DNA from: an uncultured Planctomycetia bacterium
GTDB lineage: Bacteria; Omnitrophota; Gorgyraeia; Duberdicusellales; 4484-171
Length of the DNA stretch: 64,000 nucleotides
Direction of reading: 5' to 3'
Assembly (NCBI GenBank): GCA_964455085.1
Contig: CAYVYJ010000004.1
Span: forward strand, 22,714-86,713
Of this stretch, positions 48,358 to 58,286 are shown piece by piece. The notes under the pieces were generated by a model that saw only the letters and a program-made list of their open reading frames with translations, was not told the DNA's origin and made no database searches. The translations under genes and the position numbers were made by a program. Position 1 is the first letter of the stretch. Each line of letters starts with the position of its first letter.

Positions 48358-48407
48358 ATAATATCAAAATCTTGAAAAAAAGCAAGTAACTTTAGTACTT
48401 AAGCCTA

Positions 48408-48854
48408 CTATATAGTAGGTAAAGCCATCATGCAAAAAGCCATCACAAAAAGAGCAACTGTTTCTATAATACCTAAAACCATTATATACTGGCCAAATCC
48501 TTTACCGGTCTCAGCTAAGGCATCAGCAGCGCTGGCCCCGGCTTTACCTTGCATCCAGGCCGAAGCACCCATGGCTAAACCAGCTGCTAAACCAAGGATC
48601 ATCTGATACAGGTAAATTTGGGGGTCAGCCGGCAGATTAGCCTCAATTATCTTACCCCTTAAAATCATCCCGTAGATTGTCTGGGTTAACGGGGCTCCTA
48701 CAAAAGCAATTAGAGCAAAAGGTGCTGCTTTGTTCTGAGCAAAAGCCTTCTTCCAAGCCCCTACTGCAGCCATTCCGGCAACTCCTGTTCCCAAAGCTGA
48801 ACCAATTGCCGCAAAAGCCAAAGATAAATTCATATCACCAAAACCTTGAATCAT
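48408..48854 (-). CDS. V/A-type ATP synthase subunit K (c-ring)
   Basis: PLTQTIYG, MQGKAG, IETVALF. Confidence 0.93.
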   Translation of the reverse strand: MIQGFGDMNLSLAFAAIGSALGTGVAGMAAVGAWKKAFAQNKAAPFALIAFVGAPLTQTIYGMILRGKIIEANLPADPQIYLYQMILGLAAGLAMGASAWMQGKAGASAADALAETGKGFGQYIMVLGIIETVALFVMAFCMMALPTI

Positions 48855-48869
48855 TGTCTCCCTCCTTGT

Positions 48870-50642
48870 TTATTCGCTAAATGGTTTATATTCAATACCT
48901 GACCATTGCATATCCAGGTGACCGGAAAACTCTAACATATTAAGCCGTATACCATGAACCACTACAGCCATTAAGGCTAAGAGTATATTCAAACTATGGC
49001 CTAAGAATAATATAAAAGCGGACATAAAACCAGCTAAGATGCTATTGCTACCTGAGGATAAAGCCATGTTATTAAAAGCCGTTGCTACCGCTACCGTAGC
49101 ATAACCGACAGCGAATAAACGCAAGTAAGAAACTACGTCCGAAAATGATCCGATAACTTTTAGCGGTAGATCAGCTAAAGAGAGCAAAGCTCCTTTCAAT
49201 ATATTTTTCTTAGGATAAGCAAATAGGATAACTAAACTTGAGCCCAAGATAAATAAGCCTAAAGTAAAATCAGGGGTAGTTCTGTTTAAAACTAACTTCC
49301 CGGCAACAAAGAATACACTCCAAATAATACTAATCCAACCCAGCTGAGCTAAAGCTAACCGGGAATTAATAAAACGGAAGGCTCTTACCCCGTGAGCTAT
49401 AGTCAAATGAATGGCTCCGATAAAAAAACATAGATAAATCATAAAAATCTGATTGGATCCGATGAAACTATCCACCCTATCTATTACTAAAGAATTTAAA
49501 ACCGGTAATTGAGCTATTCTTTCAAAGCCAAACCAGGTGCCGGTAACTACTCCCCATACAACAGTTGCTCCGCTCAATAGATAGCTTAAGAAAAAAATGT
49601 CCTTTTTAGCCTTTTTAAACTTTTGCTGAAGAAAAAAGGTTACAGCTAAGAACAATAAGCCATAACCGGCATCGCCGATGAGCATGGCAAAAAATATACT
49701 GAAAAAAAGAAGAAACCAGAAACTAATATCATATTCGTTATATCCGGGGAGGGTGCCCATAAATTTAAATATTGGTCTTATAATCTCAACCCAACCAGGA
49801 TTACGAATCAGAGTAGGTACCTCATCGCTATCAATAGGATCCTCAACCATTGTTGCCCAACCCTCCTTCCTAGCAGCTTGGTTAATTTCTGAAATTGACT
49901 CCTGGGGGCAGAAACCCTGCAAGCAGTAAATATCTTCTTGATGGGCCATGCCAAAACGAACCTGATTAAATTCTAAACGCTTGATGATTTCATCTTTAGT
50001 TTGGATAAAATATTTTTTATAACCGGCGGCAGCGGCTAATTCCTGATTGACCTCTTCTAATTCTCTCTGAACAGCGGCTATCTTCTTCTTTAAAAAATAA
50101 GGATTCTCATGGGGAACTTCCACCTCAGTTAAATTCAAAGATTCTTGTTCATTCTCAAAAAAGGCAGCCAGATAGACCCTGTTCCGTTCTTTTTTTAAAA
50201 CATAGATTAAATTATCTTTGGGAAGTTTCTTTAGACAGCGCCTGTCTCCCAGATAAAGTTTTATAAATACACCTGAGGCCTTTAACTCAGCTAAGGAGTG
50301 TGAGGATATCTTTCCCCATTGTTTAAACCAAAGACGCTTAACAGTAAGCTCCGTAAGTTTGGTACTCAGCTCTTGTTTCTTCCGGTCTAAAATAACTATT
50401 TCTTTGACATAAAAGGAGATTTGCTTCTTATCTAAGTCTTGACTCACAGTTTTTGATTCCCCAAGAAGGCTTATGGCCTGATTCAATAACTGCAATTTAT
50501 GCTCACAGGAATCTATTGCATCAGCAGCTGGATGACAGAGGTGTTTAATGTGTACCAAGCCTAATTTTCTCAACTGGCCCAAAGCACTGTTTACTTGCTT
50601 TCCCGAAACCAACAAGGCCATTTTTTTCATCTTGACTATCAT
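48870..50642 (-). CDS. V/A-type ATP synthase subunit I
   Basis: PTLIRN, GDAGYG, SYLRLFA, HGIRLNMLEF. Confidence 0.93.
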   Translation of the reverse strand: MIVKMKKMALLVSGKQVNSALGQLRKLGLVHIKHLCHPAADAIDSCEHKLQLLNQAISLLGESKTVSQDLDKKQISFYVKEIVILDRKKQELSTKLTELTVKRLWFKQWGKISSHSLAELKASGVFIKLYLGDRRCLKKLPKDNLIYVLKKERNRVYLAAFFENEQESLNLTEVEVPHENPYFLKKKIAAVQRELEEVNQELAAAAGYKKYFIQTKDEIIKRLEFNQVRFGMAHQEDIYCLQGFCPQESISEINQAARKEGWATMVEDPIDSDEVPTLIRNPGWVEIIRPIFKFMGTLPGYNEYDISFWFLLFFSIFFAMLIGDAGYGLLFLAVTFFLQQKFKKAKKDIFFLSYLLSGATVVWGVVTGTWFGFERIAQLPVLNSLVIDRVDSFIGSNQIFMIYLCFFIGAIHLTIAHGVRAFRFINSRLALAQLGWISIIWSVFFVAGKLVLNRTTPDFTLGLFILGSSLVILFAYPKKNILKGALLSLADLPLKVIGSFSDVVSYLRLFAVGYATVAVATAFNNMALSSGSNSILAGFMSAFILFLGHSLNILLALMAVVVHGIRLNMLEFSGHLDMQWSGIEYKPFSE

Positions 50643-51250
50643 ACCCTAGCCGCCTCTCTTCTCTGTTCAATCTTAAGCTTGGCTATCTTTCCTCTTACGA
50701 CTTCTGCAGTCTGAAGCTCACCGATATATATCTGGATAACCCGAATGGTTTCCTGAGCTTGGGGAATTCTTACTTTTTCAAAAAGGTTAACTCTCTGGGT
50801 TGCGATTCTTAACTCTTCTTTTAAAATAGCTACTTGTTGATGGAGTACTGATAATTGCGCTTTAAAGGTTAACATCTCTTTTCGCACCTCAATAGCCTTA
50901 TCCACCCAAAGAGGGGTGAACAATAGATCGTAGGGTTCTTGTTTAAACTCAAGGCTTGAGAATATCGGCAGCTCTATCCCGGCAACGTTTCCCGAAGAAG
51001 TCTTGATGCTAAGTGAGCTGCAAAACTCCCCCCAAGGCACCTTTTCAGCAAATAGGTCGACCCATTTTAAAACCTTATTTCTTAAACTTTCAGCTAAAGA
51101 CGAGACTTCTTGAATGGCTTGGTGGACTTTTAGTATTTCTAACTGCAGCTGTTTTTTCTTTAGTTGCAGCATCGGCAGGTAACGCTGGTAGCGCTTAAGA
51201 TCTTCTTTTTGCTTTTTAAGTTCGTTTTTAGTTAATTTGATTTTAGCCAT
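50639..51250 (-). CDS. V/A-type ATP synthase subunit D
   Basis: [24 protein letters not shown]. Confidence 0.93.
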   Translation of the reverse strand: MAKIKLTKNELKKQKEDLKRYQRYLPMLQLKKKQLQLEILKVHQAIQEVSSLAESLRNKVLKWVDLFAEKVPWGEFCSSLSIKTSSGNVAGIELPIFSSLEFKQEPYDLLFTPLWVDKAIEVRKEMLTFKAQLSVLHQQVAILKEELRIATQRVNLFEKVRIPQAQETIRVIQIYIGELQTAEVVRGKIAKLKIEQRREAARV

Positions 51251-52550
51251 CTAAGACTTCTTGGGGCCAGAATTCTTTTATTAGGTCTGTACGGAAGCTG
51301 GTCTCCTGGGGAGAAAAACAACGAGCCAGGATTTTCCATCCTTTATCAAGCGCATCTTCTAAGGATATTTTAACTGATAAATCCATCATCTCAGACTCAA
51401 AGAGTTTCCCGTACTTTAATAATTTTTTATCCCAGCTACTCATCCGAAATCCCATTGCTCTTTTTTCTTCACTCTCTTTATATTGAGCATAAAGCTGAAT
51501 CATCCCATCCATAATCACCCGGTGATCTCGACGGGTCTTATCATTTACCTGCTGTTTTAAACGGCTTAAAGAACCAAATGGCTCGATTCTGCCTCCTCTT
51601 AAATAAAATTGCCCTTCGGTAATGTAGCCGGTATTATCCGGTACCGGATGAGTAACATCATCGCCGGGCATAGTGGTCACGGCCAGAATAGTAATCGAGC
51701 CTGCACCTTCAAAATCAACTGCTCGCTCATAACGCTTGGCTAACTGACTATATAAATCACCGGGGTAACCCCGGTTGGAAGGAACTCTTTCCATAGTTAT
51801 TGAAATTTCCTTTAAGGCATCGGAAAAATTAGTCATGTCGGTGAGCAAGACCAAAACATCTTTGCCGCCTAAAGCAAACTCTCCGGCCACAGCCAGACAT
51901 AAATCAGGAACCATCAACCCTTCAACTATCGGATCAGAGGCAGTATTCACGAAAAAGATTGATCGGCTTAAAGCCCCACCTTCCTCTAATGTGTCTTTAA
52001 AGTATAAATACTGATCATGCTTAAGACCTATTCCACCTAAGACAATCATATCTACTTCAGCCTGCAAAGCTATCCGAGCCAATAACTCATTGTAGGGTTC
52101 ACCGGATACGGAAAATATCGGTAACTTCTGCGAGACAACTAAAGAGTTAAAGACATCAATCATCGGTATATTGGTCCTGATCATCCGCTTAGGAATGATT
52201 CTTTTAGCCGGATTAACCGTTGGTCCGTTGATCTCAATTAAATTTTCAACTAAGCCTGGTCCTTTATCCCGAGGCTGACCGCTGCCATCAAAAATTCTCC
52301 CCAAAATATTGTCAGAAAAAGCAACCCTCATCGGATGACCTAAAAATCTCACTTCATCATCAGTAGAGATACCTCTGCTACCGGAAAAAACCTGCAGCGA
52401 TACAATGTCATCTTCTAACTTAATGACCTGGGCTAAAGACTTACCTCGTGAGGTTCGCACCTCAGCCAGTTCTTCATAAGCTACGTCTTTGGCTTTTACT
52501 GTAATAACATTGCCAACGATACTAATAATCTTACTGTGAACTTTTCGCAT
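51243..52550 (-). CDS. V/A-type ATP synthase subunit B
   Basis: [34 protein letters not shown]. Confidence 0.95.
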   Translation of the reverse strand: MRKVHSKIISIVGNVITVKAKDVAYEELAEVRTSRGKSLAQVIKLEDDIVSLQVFSGSRGISTDDEVRFLGHPMRVAFSDNILGRIFDGSGQPRDKGPGLVENLIEINGPTVNPAKRIIPKRMIRTNIPMIDVFNSLVVSQKLPIFSVSGEPYNELLARIALQAEVDMIVLGGIGLKHDQYLYFKDTLEEGGALSRSIFFVNTASDPIVEGLMVPDLCLAVAGEFALGGKDVLVLLTDMTNFSDALKEISITMERVPSNRGYPGDLYSQLAKRYERAVDFEGAGSITILAVTTMPGDDVTHPVPDNTGYITEGQFYLRGGRIEPFGSLSRLKQQVNDKTRRDHRVIMDGMIQLYAQYKESEEKRAMGFRMSSWDKKLLKYGKLFESEMMDLSVKISLEDALDKGWKILARCFSPQETSFRTDLIKEFWPQEVLDG

Positions 52551-52565
52551 TAGTTCTCTTGGGCT

Positions 52566-54314
52566 TTAAGCACTAGCTTGGGCTTCTGTTTGCTTATAAC
52601 TATCAAGGTAATCACTGATTACTTTTTCTTGTTTTTTAAACTCTAAGCTCTTGAATTCCTTATAATTCCAATCGATAAATAACTGGCGCAACTCATAAAA
52701 GGCTTTACGGGCCCTTTCTTTGTGGTCAAAGTCAAATTCTTGCTCTAAGGCTCGCGATATTTTTCCGAAAACATACTTTTGTCTCTCTAAGCTGGTAGCA
52801 GCATCTATTTCATCAAAACCATTCTGCTGTAAGTAGACACTATCTAAGAATTCAGCCTTAAGGTAAACTATAAAATCGTCCATTGAGGTTCCTTCTTCGC
52901 CAACAACCTTCATCATTTGATGAACCTCGTTTCCTTTATGGAGGATATTTTTAGCTTCTCTTATCAGTTCAGGTTCAATAAAACCTTGGTAGCGTGACCA
53001 ACTCTCAATGGGGTCAATTGAAGGAAAATAACGAGCATTGGCTCTATCCCGAGATAATCCGTGAAAGGCACCTACTACCTTTAGAGTAGCTTGAGTCACT
53101 GGCTCTTCAAAATTGCCCCCGGCCGGGCTCACGGTTCCGCCGATAGTAAGACTCCCTCTTCCTTGCGAATAAAGCTCAACCACTCCGGCCCGTTCATAAA
53201 ATTCAGCAATCCTTGATTCTAAATAAGCTGGATAAGCTTCTTCACCGGGAATCTCCTCTAACCTTCCGGATACCTCCCGCATAGCCTGAGCCCAGCGCGA
53301 GGTAGAGTCAGCTAAAAGCAGAACATTTAAACCCATCTGACGGTAATATTCACCTAAGGTAGCTGCAGTATAAACTGAAGCATCCCGAGCAGCAACCGGC
53401 ATCGAAGAAGTATTGCAAATAATGATTGTTCGCTCCATCAAAGACTTCCCCGTACGGGGATCAACTAACTCTGGAAACTTCCTCAAAGTCTCGACCACCT
53501 CTCCGGCTCGCTCGCCGCAAGCAGCAACAATTACAATATCGACCTCAGCATAACGACTGGTAAGTTGTTGTAGCACAGTTTTACCAGCTCCGAAAGGACC
53601 GGGAATACAGTAGGTTCCGCCTCTGGCTACCGGGAAAAAAGTATCAATAATCCGAACTTTGGTAACCAAGGCTTCCTGGGGAGTTAATTTCTGTCGGTAA
53701 GCCACAATGGGAAGCTTAATCGGCCATTCAAAGACCATGGTTAGATTTAAGGCTTCTCCTCTCTGATTCCTGACTTCGGCAATCTTATCATTAATTTTAT
53801 AATTGCCCCTCCCGGCTATACTCGAGACTTCATACTCAGCTTCTAAATTAAACGGTAGCATAATCGCATGTTGGAAAATCCCCTCTTGGACATAACCCAA
53901 GGGGGTACCTTTAGTTACCTGTTCTTTGGCTTTAACTGCCGGGGCGAACTCCCACTTTCTTTTACTATCCAGAGGTTCTAGCTGGGCACCTCGGGGAAGA
54001 AAAAAACCAAACTTCTTAGCTAGACCAAACAATGGGTTCTGGAGACCATCGTAAACTTGGCCAAGAAGCCCGGGACCTAACTTCACCGAGAGCATCTCTT
54101 GGGAAAACTCTACTCTGTCCCCCACCTTTATCCCCTTGGTATCTTCAAATACCTGCATATAGGCGATATCTTGGCTGATCCGGATAACTTCAGCCATTAA
54201 ACGCTCGCTGCCTGAAAGCAGATAGCCGACTTCGTTTTGGATAATATTATCGGTAAAGCTAACCGTTATCATATTACCCTGGATTGATTTAACCTCACCC
54301 AATCGTTTATTCAT
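52566..54314 (-). CDS. V/A-type ATP synthase subunit A
   Basis: GPFGAGKT Walker A, CGERAGE, ADSTSRWAQA, PGEEAYPAYL. Confidence 0.96.
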   Translation of the reverse strand: MNKRLGEVKSIQGNMITVSFTDNIIQNEVGYLLSGSERLMAEVIRISQDIAYMQVFEDTKGIKVGDRVEFSQEMLSVKLGPGLLGQVYDGLQNPLFGLAKKFGFFLPRGAQLEPLDSKRKWEFAPAVKAKEQVTKGTPLGYVQEGIFQHAIMLPFNLEAEYEVSSIAGRGNYKINDKIAEVRNQRGEALNLTMVFEWPIKLPIVAYRQKLTPQEALVTKVRIIDTFFPVARGGTYCIPGPFGAGKTVLQQLTSRYAEVDIVIVAACGERAGEVVETLRKFPELVDPRTGKSLMERTIIICNTSSMPVAARDASVYTAATLGEYYRQMGLNVLLLADSTSRWAQAMREVSGRLEEIPGEEAYPAYLESRIAEFYERAGVVELYSQGRGSLTIGGTVSPAGGNFEEPVTQATLKVVGAFHGLSRDRANARYFPSIDPIESWSRYQGFIEPELIREAKNILHKGNEVHQMMKVVGEEGTSMDDFIVYLKAEFLDSVYLQQNGFDEIDAATSLERQKYVFGKISRALEQEFDFDHKERARKAFYELRQLFIDWNYKEFKSLEFKKQEKVISDYLDSYKQTEAQASA

Positions 54315-54805
54315 GATGGAACCTCAGATAACTTATCAAACACAGCTGTACCTGCCTCTTTATTAAAAGTAAACAATCGTTTAAGAATCTGCAGTTTTAA
54401 AAAGTATAATATAAGAGCTTCTAAATCAAAGATGTGCCCGGATTCTAAATTCTCAATAAATTGCCAGCGTAAACTCAAAAGTTTAACCTCCACCTCAAGC
54501 GGGTTACCTTCGGCCAAATTTAAACTCAAATCAACTGATAACTTAAGCTCTTGATTAGTGTTTAGCTTACGCAGAGAAGCTAAAGCCTCTCTTAAGGTTA
54601 ACTCAAAATCTTTATAGGTCTTAAGTACTACCGGATCCTGATCTTGAGAATAGAAATCATTAATACTAACCGGGGATAGTATTGAAAAGTCCTTATTTGA
54701 TAGCCACTTTTTAGCTTCAGCCAAGAACTGTTCCTTATCTATGCTGCTGGGTTCATTAAAGGTTAAAAAGGGGAGTTGGGCTACAAAATAATAATACTTA
54801 TCCAT
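54311..54805 (-). CDS. DUF2764 family protein (V-ATPase subunit C-like)
   Basis: YYYFVAQLP, NPLEVE, YFLKLQILKR; lies between subunits E and A. Confidence 0.8.
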   Translation of the reverse strand: MDKYYYFVAQLPFLTFNEPSSIDKEQFLAEAKKWLSNKDFSILSPVSINDFYSQDQDPVVLKTYKDFELTLREALASLRKLNTNQELKLSVDLSLNLAEGNPLEVEVKLLSLRWQFIENLESGHIFDLEALILYFLKLQILKRLFTFNKEAGTAVFDKLSEVPS

Positions 54806-55406
54806 TGTTTGTGTTTAGAATTGCCCAAAGGGAGGGATTTAAAAATTCGCCTAAAGCTTCAAGGATGCTTTGATCAGTAAAGTCATAATGAACATCTTCG
54901 CCTTTTATACCAATATGAAACCCCTTATCAATAGCTTTGCTGACCCTTATTTCTATAGTCTTCTTGGCTTCACTTCTTAAAGAAGCCAGGAGTAACTTTT
55001 CTAATTTTTCCTTATCAGCTTTACTTACTAAGATCTCCCAAACTAACTCCTTTCCAGCTGAGAACTTATCAATTATTTTTAAGATAAGCTCTTTCATGAA
55101 GCTAGGAGTTAAGGCATCAGCTGTTTTATCTTTTAGAATTTGGCCGAGGAGTGTAACTAACTCACCTTTTAAGGCTAAGCTTAGATCCCGGGCTGCCTGC
55201 TTAAGCGAATCTTTAGTATTAGTTTCCAATTTGTCCGCTGAAACTTTAGCTTCTTTCTCTAATTTTGCGGCTTCTTCTTCAGCAGCTTTAATAATAATTT
55301 CGGCTTCTTGTTTAGCTTTGTCGATAATTTCTCCGGCGGCTCTTTTAGCTTCCTCTATTCCGTCTTTCTTGATTTTAGCAATTAAACTCTCTAACTTTAC
55401 TTCCAT
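54798..55406 (-). CDS. V/A-type ATP synthase subunit E
   Basis: Coiled-coil N-terminus, GFHIG, YDFTD, FLNP. Confidence 0.88.
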   Translation of the reverse strand: MEVKLESLIAKIKKDGIEEAKRAAGEIIDKAKQEAEIIIKAAEEEAAKLEKEAKVSADKLETNTKDSLKQAARDLSLALKGELVTLLGQILKDKTADALTPSFMKELILKIIDKFSAGKELVWEILVSKADKEKLEKLLLASLRSEAKKTIEIRVSKAIDKGFHIGIKGEDVHYDFTDQSILEALGEFLNPSLWAILNTNNG

Positions 55407-55489
55407 CTAACCACTCCTTATTAAAAAATTAAGTCCTAAAAAGTATTTTAATTATATAACCGATTAGAGAAAAATCAATTTTTTTCTCT

Positions 55490-56161
55490 CTAGCCGGCTA
55501 AAATCGCTTCGGCTGCCGCCAGGTAATCTTCCTTTTCAATAATTGGCCGGCCAACTACAATATAATCAGCACCGTTAGCAAAAGCCTGATGTGCTGTAGC
55601 CACTCGCTTCTGGTCTCCCCTTTTATCCTGGGGGTTACGAATTCCCGGGGTAATAACTTTGAGTTTAGTAAAGTTACTCTTGATTTCGACCAGATCAGTA
55701 GCTGAAGCAATTACTCCTTCTAAACCAACAGAATTTGCACGATCAACCAGTGCTCTTACCTCAGTCTGGGTGGCAGCAGAACTAGTCAGTATGCTCACTC
55801 CTAAAATCAATGGTTTTGGTCTCTTAAGCTTCCTAGCCTTAGCCTCGACCGCTGCCTTAACTCTTCTTAAAGCCTCAACTCCTACTTGCAGGTGTACTGT
55901 AAAAGCCCAAACTCCCAACTCAGTAATAACCGCAGCGGCCTTAGCCATGGTGTTGGGGATATCATATAATTTTAAATCTAAAAATATATCTATTCCTTGG
56001 TTAATAAAGTTCTTTACAAAATCCGGCCCAAACTTATTAAAAGCAATTGAGCCGATTTTAAATTTAACTCCTTGAGGAGAGAGTACCTTTACTACTTCCT
56101 TTATTTTAGCCTCTTCCTCTAAGTCTAAAGCAACAATTAGTTTATTCCAGGGCTCGCTCAA
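55490..56161 (-). CDS. pyrF: Orotidine-5'-phosphate decarboxylase
   Basis: IVALD, DLKLYDIPNT, TPGIR, DQKR, VVGRPI. Confidence 0.95.
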   Translation of the reverse strand: MSEPWNKLIVALDLEEEAKIKEVVKVLSPQGVKFKIGSIAFNKFGPDFVKNFINQGIDIFLDLKLYDIPNTMAKAAAVITELGVWAFTVHLQVGVEALRRVKAAVEAKARKLKRPKPLILGVSILTSSAATQTEVRALVDRANSVGLEGVIASATDLVEIKSNFTKLKVITPGIRNPQDKRGDQKRVATAHQAFANGADYIVVGRPIIEKEDYLAAAEAILAG

Positions 56162-57065
56162 TTAAGCCTCCTCTTAGTTTATTAACGTCAGCTACTTTTT
56201 TCTGCTTAAGATAGTTTTTTATTCCTGATAAAACAGTTGTTGCTCTATCCGGCTCAACTAAATTTATGGTTCCCAGACTAATTGCGGTTGCGCCGGCTAA
56301 GATGAACTCAACTGCATCCGAAGCACTTTCAATTCCACCGCCGCCGATCAGGGGAATTTTAACTGTCCGGGCTACTTTCCAGACCCGGTAAAGACTCATT
56401 GGTTTAATCGCTTTTCCGGAATAACCTCCGTAAATATTACCTAAATAAGGCCGCTGGGTTTGGGTATTTATCCTTAATCCAAAGAAGGTGTTGACTAAAG
56501 AGACAGCGTCAGCTCCGGCCTGCTTAACTGCCCGGGCCACACTTACGATATCACTTACCTCAGGAGTAATTTTTATAAATAAAGGTTTCTTGGTTAGTTT
56601 TCGCAAGGCCTTAGTTAAACTATAAGTTGCTTTGGGACTTTGTGAGATTAACTTCTTTAACTTTAAGTTAGGACAAGATAAGTTAATCTCTAAACCGGCT
56701 ACTCCTGGCTCAAGGCTTAAAGTACTGACAACTTCCTTATACCCTTTATCTGAATTACCGCCAACGCTGACAATACACTTGGTGTTTAGTTTTCTAATTA
56801 AGGGTAGCTTCTCGTTGATAAAGACTGCTAATCCCGGATTCTCTAAACCTACCGAGTTCAGTACTCCGCACTCACTCTCATAGATTCGTGGGCTGGGGTT
56901 TCCGGCCCGGGGCTTAAGAGTTATGGTCTTGGTGGTGATTGCTCCTAAAGCATTAAAGTTAACTAAACCTTTTAATTCATGGCCAAAACCGAAAGTTCCC
57001 GAAGCAGAAATAATTGGGGTATCCAGCTTTAGCCTTCCTAATTTTACTTTTAAGTTAGTCTTCAT
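56142..57065 (-). CDS. pyrD: Dihydroorotate dehydrogenase family 1B, catalytic subunit
   Basis: ASGTFG, NSVGLENPG, EINLSCPN, GGYSG, GGGGI. Confidence 0.94.
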   Translation of the reverse strand: MKTNLKVKLGRLKLDTPIISASGTFGFGHELKGLVNFNALGAITTKTITLKPRAGNPSPRIYESECGVLNSVGLENPGLAVFINEKLPLIRKLNTKCIVSVGGNSDKGYKEVVSTLSLEPGVAGLEINLSCPNLKLKKLISQSPKATYSLTKALRKLTKKPLFIKITPEVSDIVSVARAVKQAGADAVSLVNTFFGLRINTQTQRPYLGNIYGGYSGKAIKPMSLYRVWKVARTVKIPLIGGGGIESASDAVEFILAGATAISLGTINLVEPDRATTVLSGIKNYLKQKKVADVNKLRGGLIERALE

Positions 57066-57418
57066 CTTCCAATAATCATATTCAGGGATATAATCAGTAA
57101 AAATATTCCAAAAATCTTCTTTAATATTGGCTCGGAAATTTTATGCACGAAGATTGCACCGATTAACCCTCCAACCAGAAATCCCAAACAGACAAAAGCA
57201 GCTACATTTAACTTAACATTGCCCTCAACATAGTACTTCCAGGCAGCCAAAAGACCTATTGGCGGAATCATAATTGCTAAAGTGGTGCCTTGGGCTTGAT
57301 GCTGGCTGAGGCCAAAAAGGTATACCAGGACTGGGATTAGAATTGAGCCTCCGCCAATCCCTAAGAACCCGCTAGCAATTCCCGCTATTAACCCTAAACC
57401 TAAATATAAGTGCCACAT
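57062..57418 (-). CDS. Half-size TauE/SafE (TSUP) family membrane protein
   Basis: GFLGIGGG...P, AQGTTL. Confidence 0.85.
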   Translation of the reverse strand: MWHLYLGLGLIAGIASGFLGIGGGSILIPVLVYLFGLSQHQAQGTTLAIMIPPIGLLAAWKYYVEGNVKLNVAAFVCLGFLVGGLIGAIFVHKISEPILKKIFGIFLLIISLNMIIGR

Positions 57419-57444
57419 ATCTACCTTCCTTTTAATGAACCCGG

Positions 57445-58227
57445 TTAAAGAACCTCATTGAGCTTAAAAACCGGTCCGTCCTTACATACTTTTTTATAAC
57501 CGGACTTAGTCTTTATGCTGCAGCCACAGCAAGCTCCTAGGCCACAACCCATAAATTGCTCAAAGGAAACCTGGCAGTTTGTTTTTTTATTGCCAGCTCT
57601 TTTAATAACTTTTTTCATTTGCTTAAACATTGCTTCCGGGCCACAGGAGTAAATGTTAATTGCCAGTTCCCGGTCCTGGGCATCAAGCACCCTTTCTAAT
57701 AATTCAGTAGCAATGCCCTGGTGCCCGTCTGAGCCATCTTCGGTAGCCACCATTATTTTACAGCCGCGTTTCTTAAAAGCATCTAGGCATAATACTTCGG
57801 CATCATTTTTCGCCCCCAGGATAACAGCAGTTTTTGTTTTTTTTAATTTATCGGCTAAAAAGACCAGCGGGGCAACCCCTAAGCCTCCGGCAACCAAGAT
57901 ATTTTCAGCCGGCGCAGGCGACCAACAAAAACCACTTCCTAAGGGACCAATGATGCTCAACTTATCGCCGGGCTCATATCCCGATAATATCTTGGTTCCT
58001 CTGCCCCTAATTCTAAACAAAACATAGACCTGATTAGCCTGGATATAGTGGATACTAAACGGCCGCCTGAGAATAGTCCCAATTATTTTGATATGCAGGA
58101 ATTGGCCGGGAGAAGAATTTTTAGCTAAAAAAGGCGACTCAAAGCTTAAAACAAAGACATCATCCTTGATTTTATTGACTTTTTTGACTTTTACCAATAA
58201 CTGGCGAGGGCTAGATGCCTTTTTCAT
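57445..58227 (-). CDS. pyrK: Dihydroorotate dehydrogenase electron transfer subunit
   Basis: PGQF, LRRPFS, GGLGVAP, CGP, MGCGLGACCGC...VCKDGPVF. Confidence 0.94.
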   Translation of the reverse strand: MKKASSPRQLLVKVKKVNKIKDDVFVLSFESPFLAKNSSPGQFLHIKIIGTILRRPFSIHYIQANQVYVLFRIRGRGTKILSGYEPGDKLSIIGPLGSGFCWSPAPAENILVAGGLGVAPLVFLADKLKKTKTAVILGAKNDAEVLCLDAFKKRGCKIMVATEDGSDGHQGIATELLERVLDAQDRELAINIYSCGPEAMFKQMKKVIKRAGNKKTNCQVSFEQFMGCGLGACCGCSIKTKSGYKKVCKDGPVFKLNEVL

Positions 58228-58236
58228 GCTTTACCT

Positions 58237-58264
58237 ATTATACCAGATTTTATGACTTTCTCAA
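58237..58264 (-). promoter_or_regulatory. Putative sigma70 promoter for pyrK (very short leader)
   Basis: TTGAGA, 16 nt, TATAAT, with an extended TG; -10 box lies 9 nt before the ATG. Confidence 0.5.
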
Positions 58265-58286
58265 CTGAGGATAATTAACCTGTAGC

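Noticed and set aside
48158-48385. 75-aa ORF upstream of thrS
   Set aside because: It overlaps tRNA-Val and its promoter and hairpin; not a credible protein.
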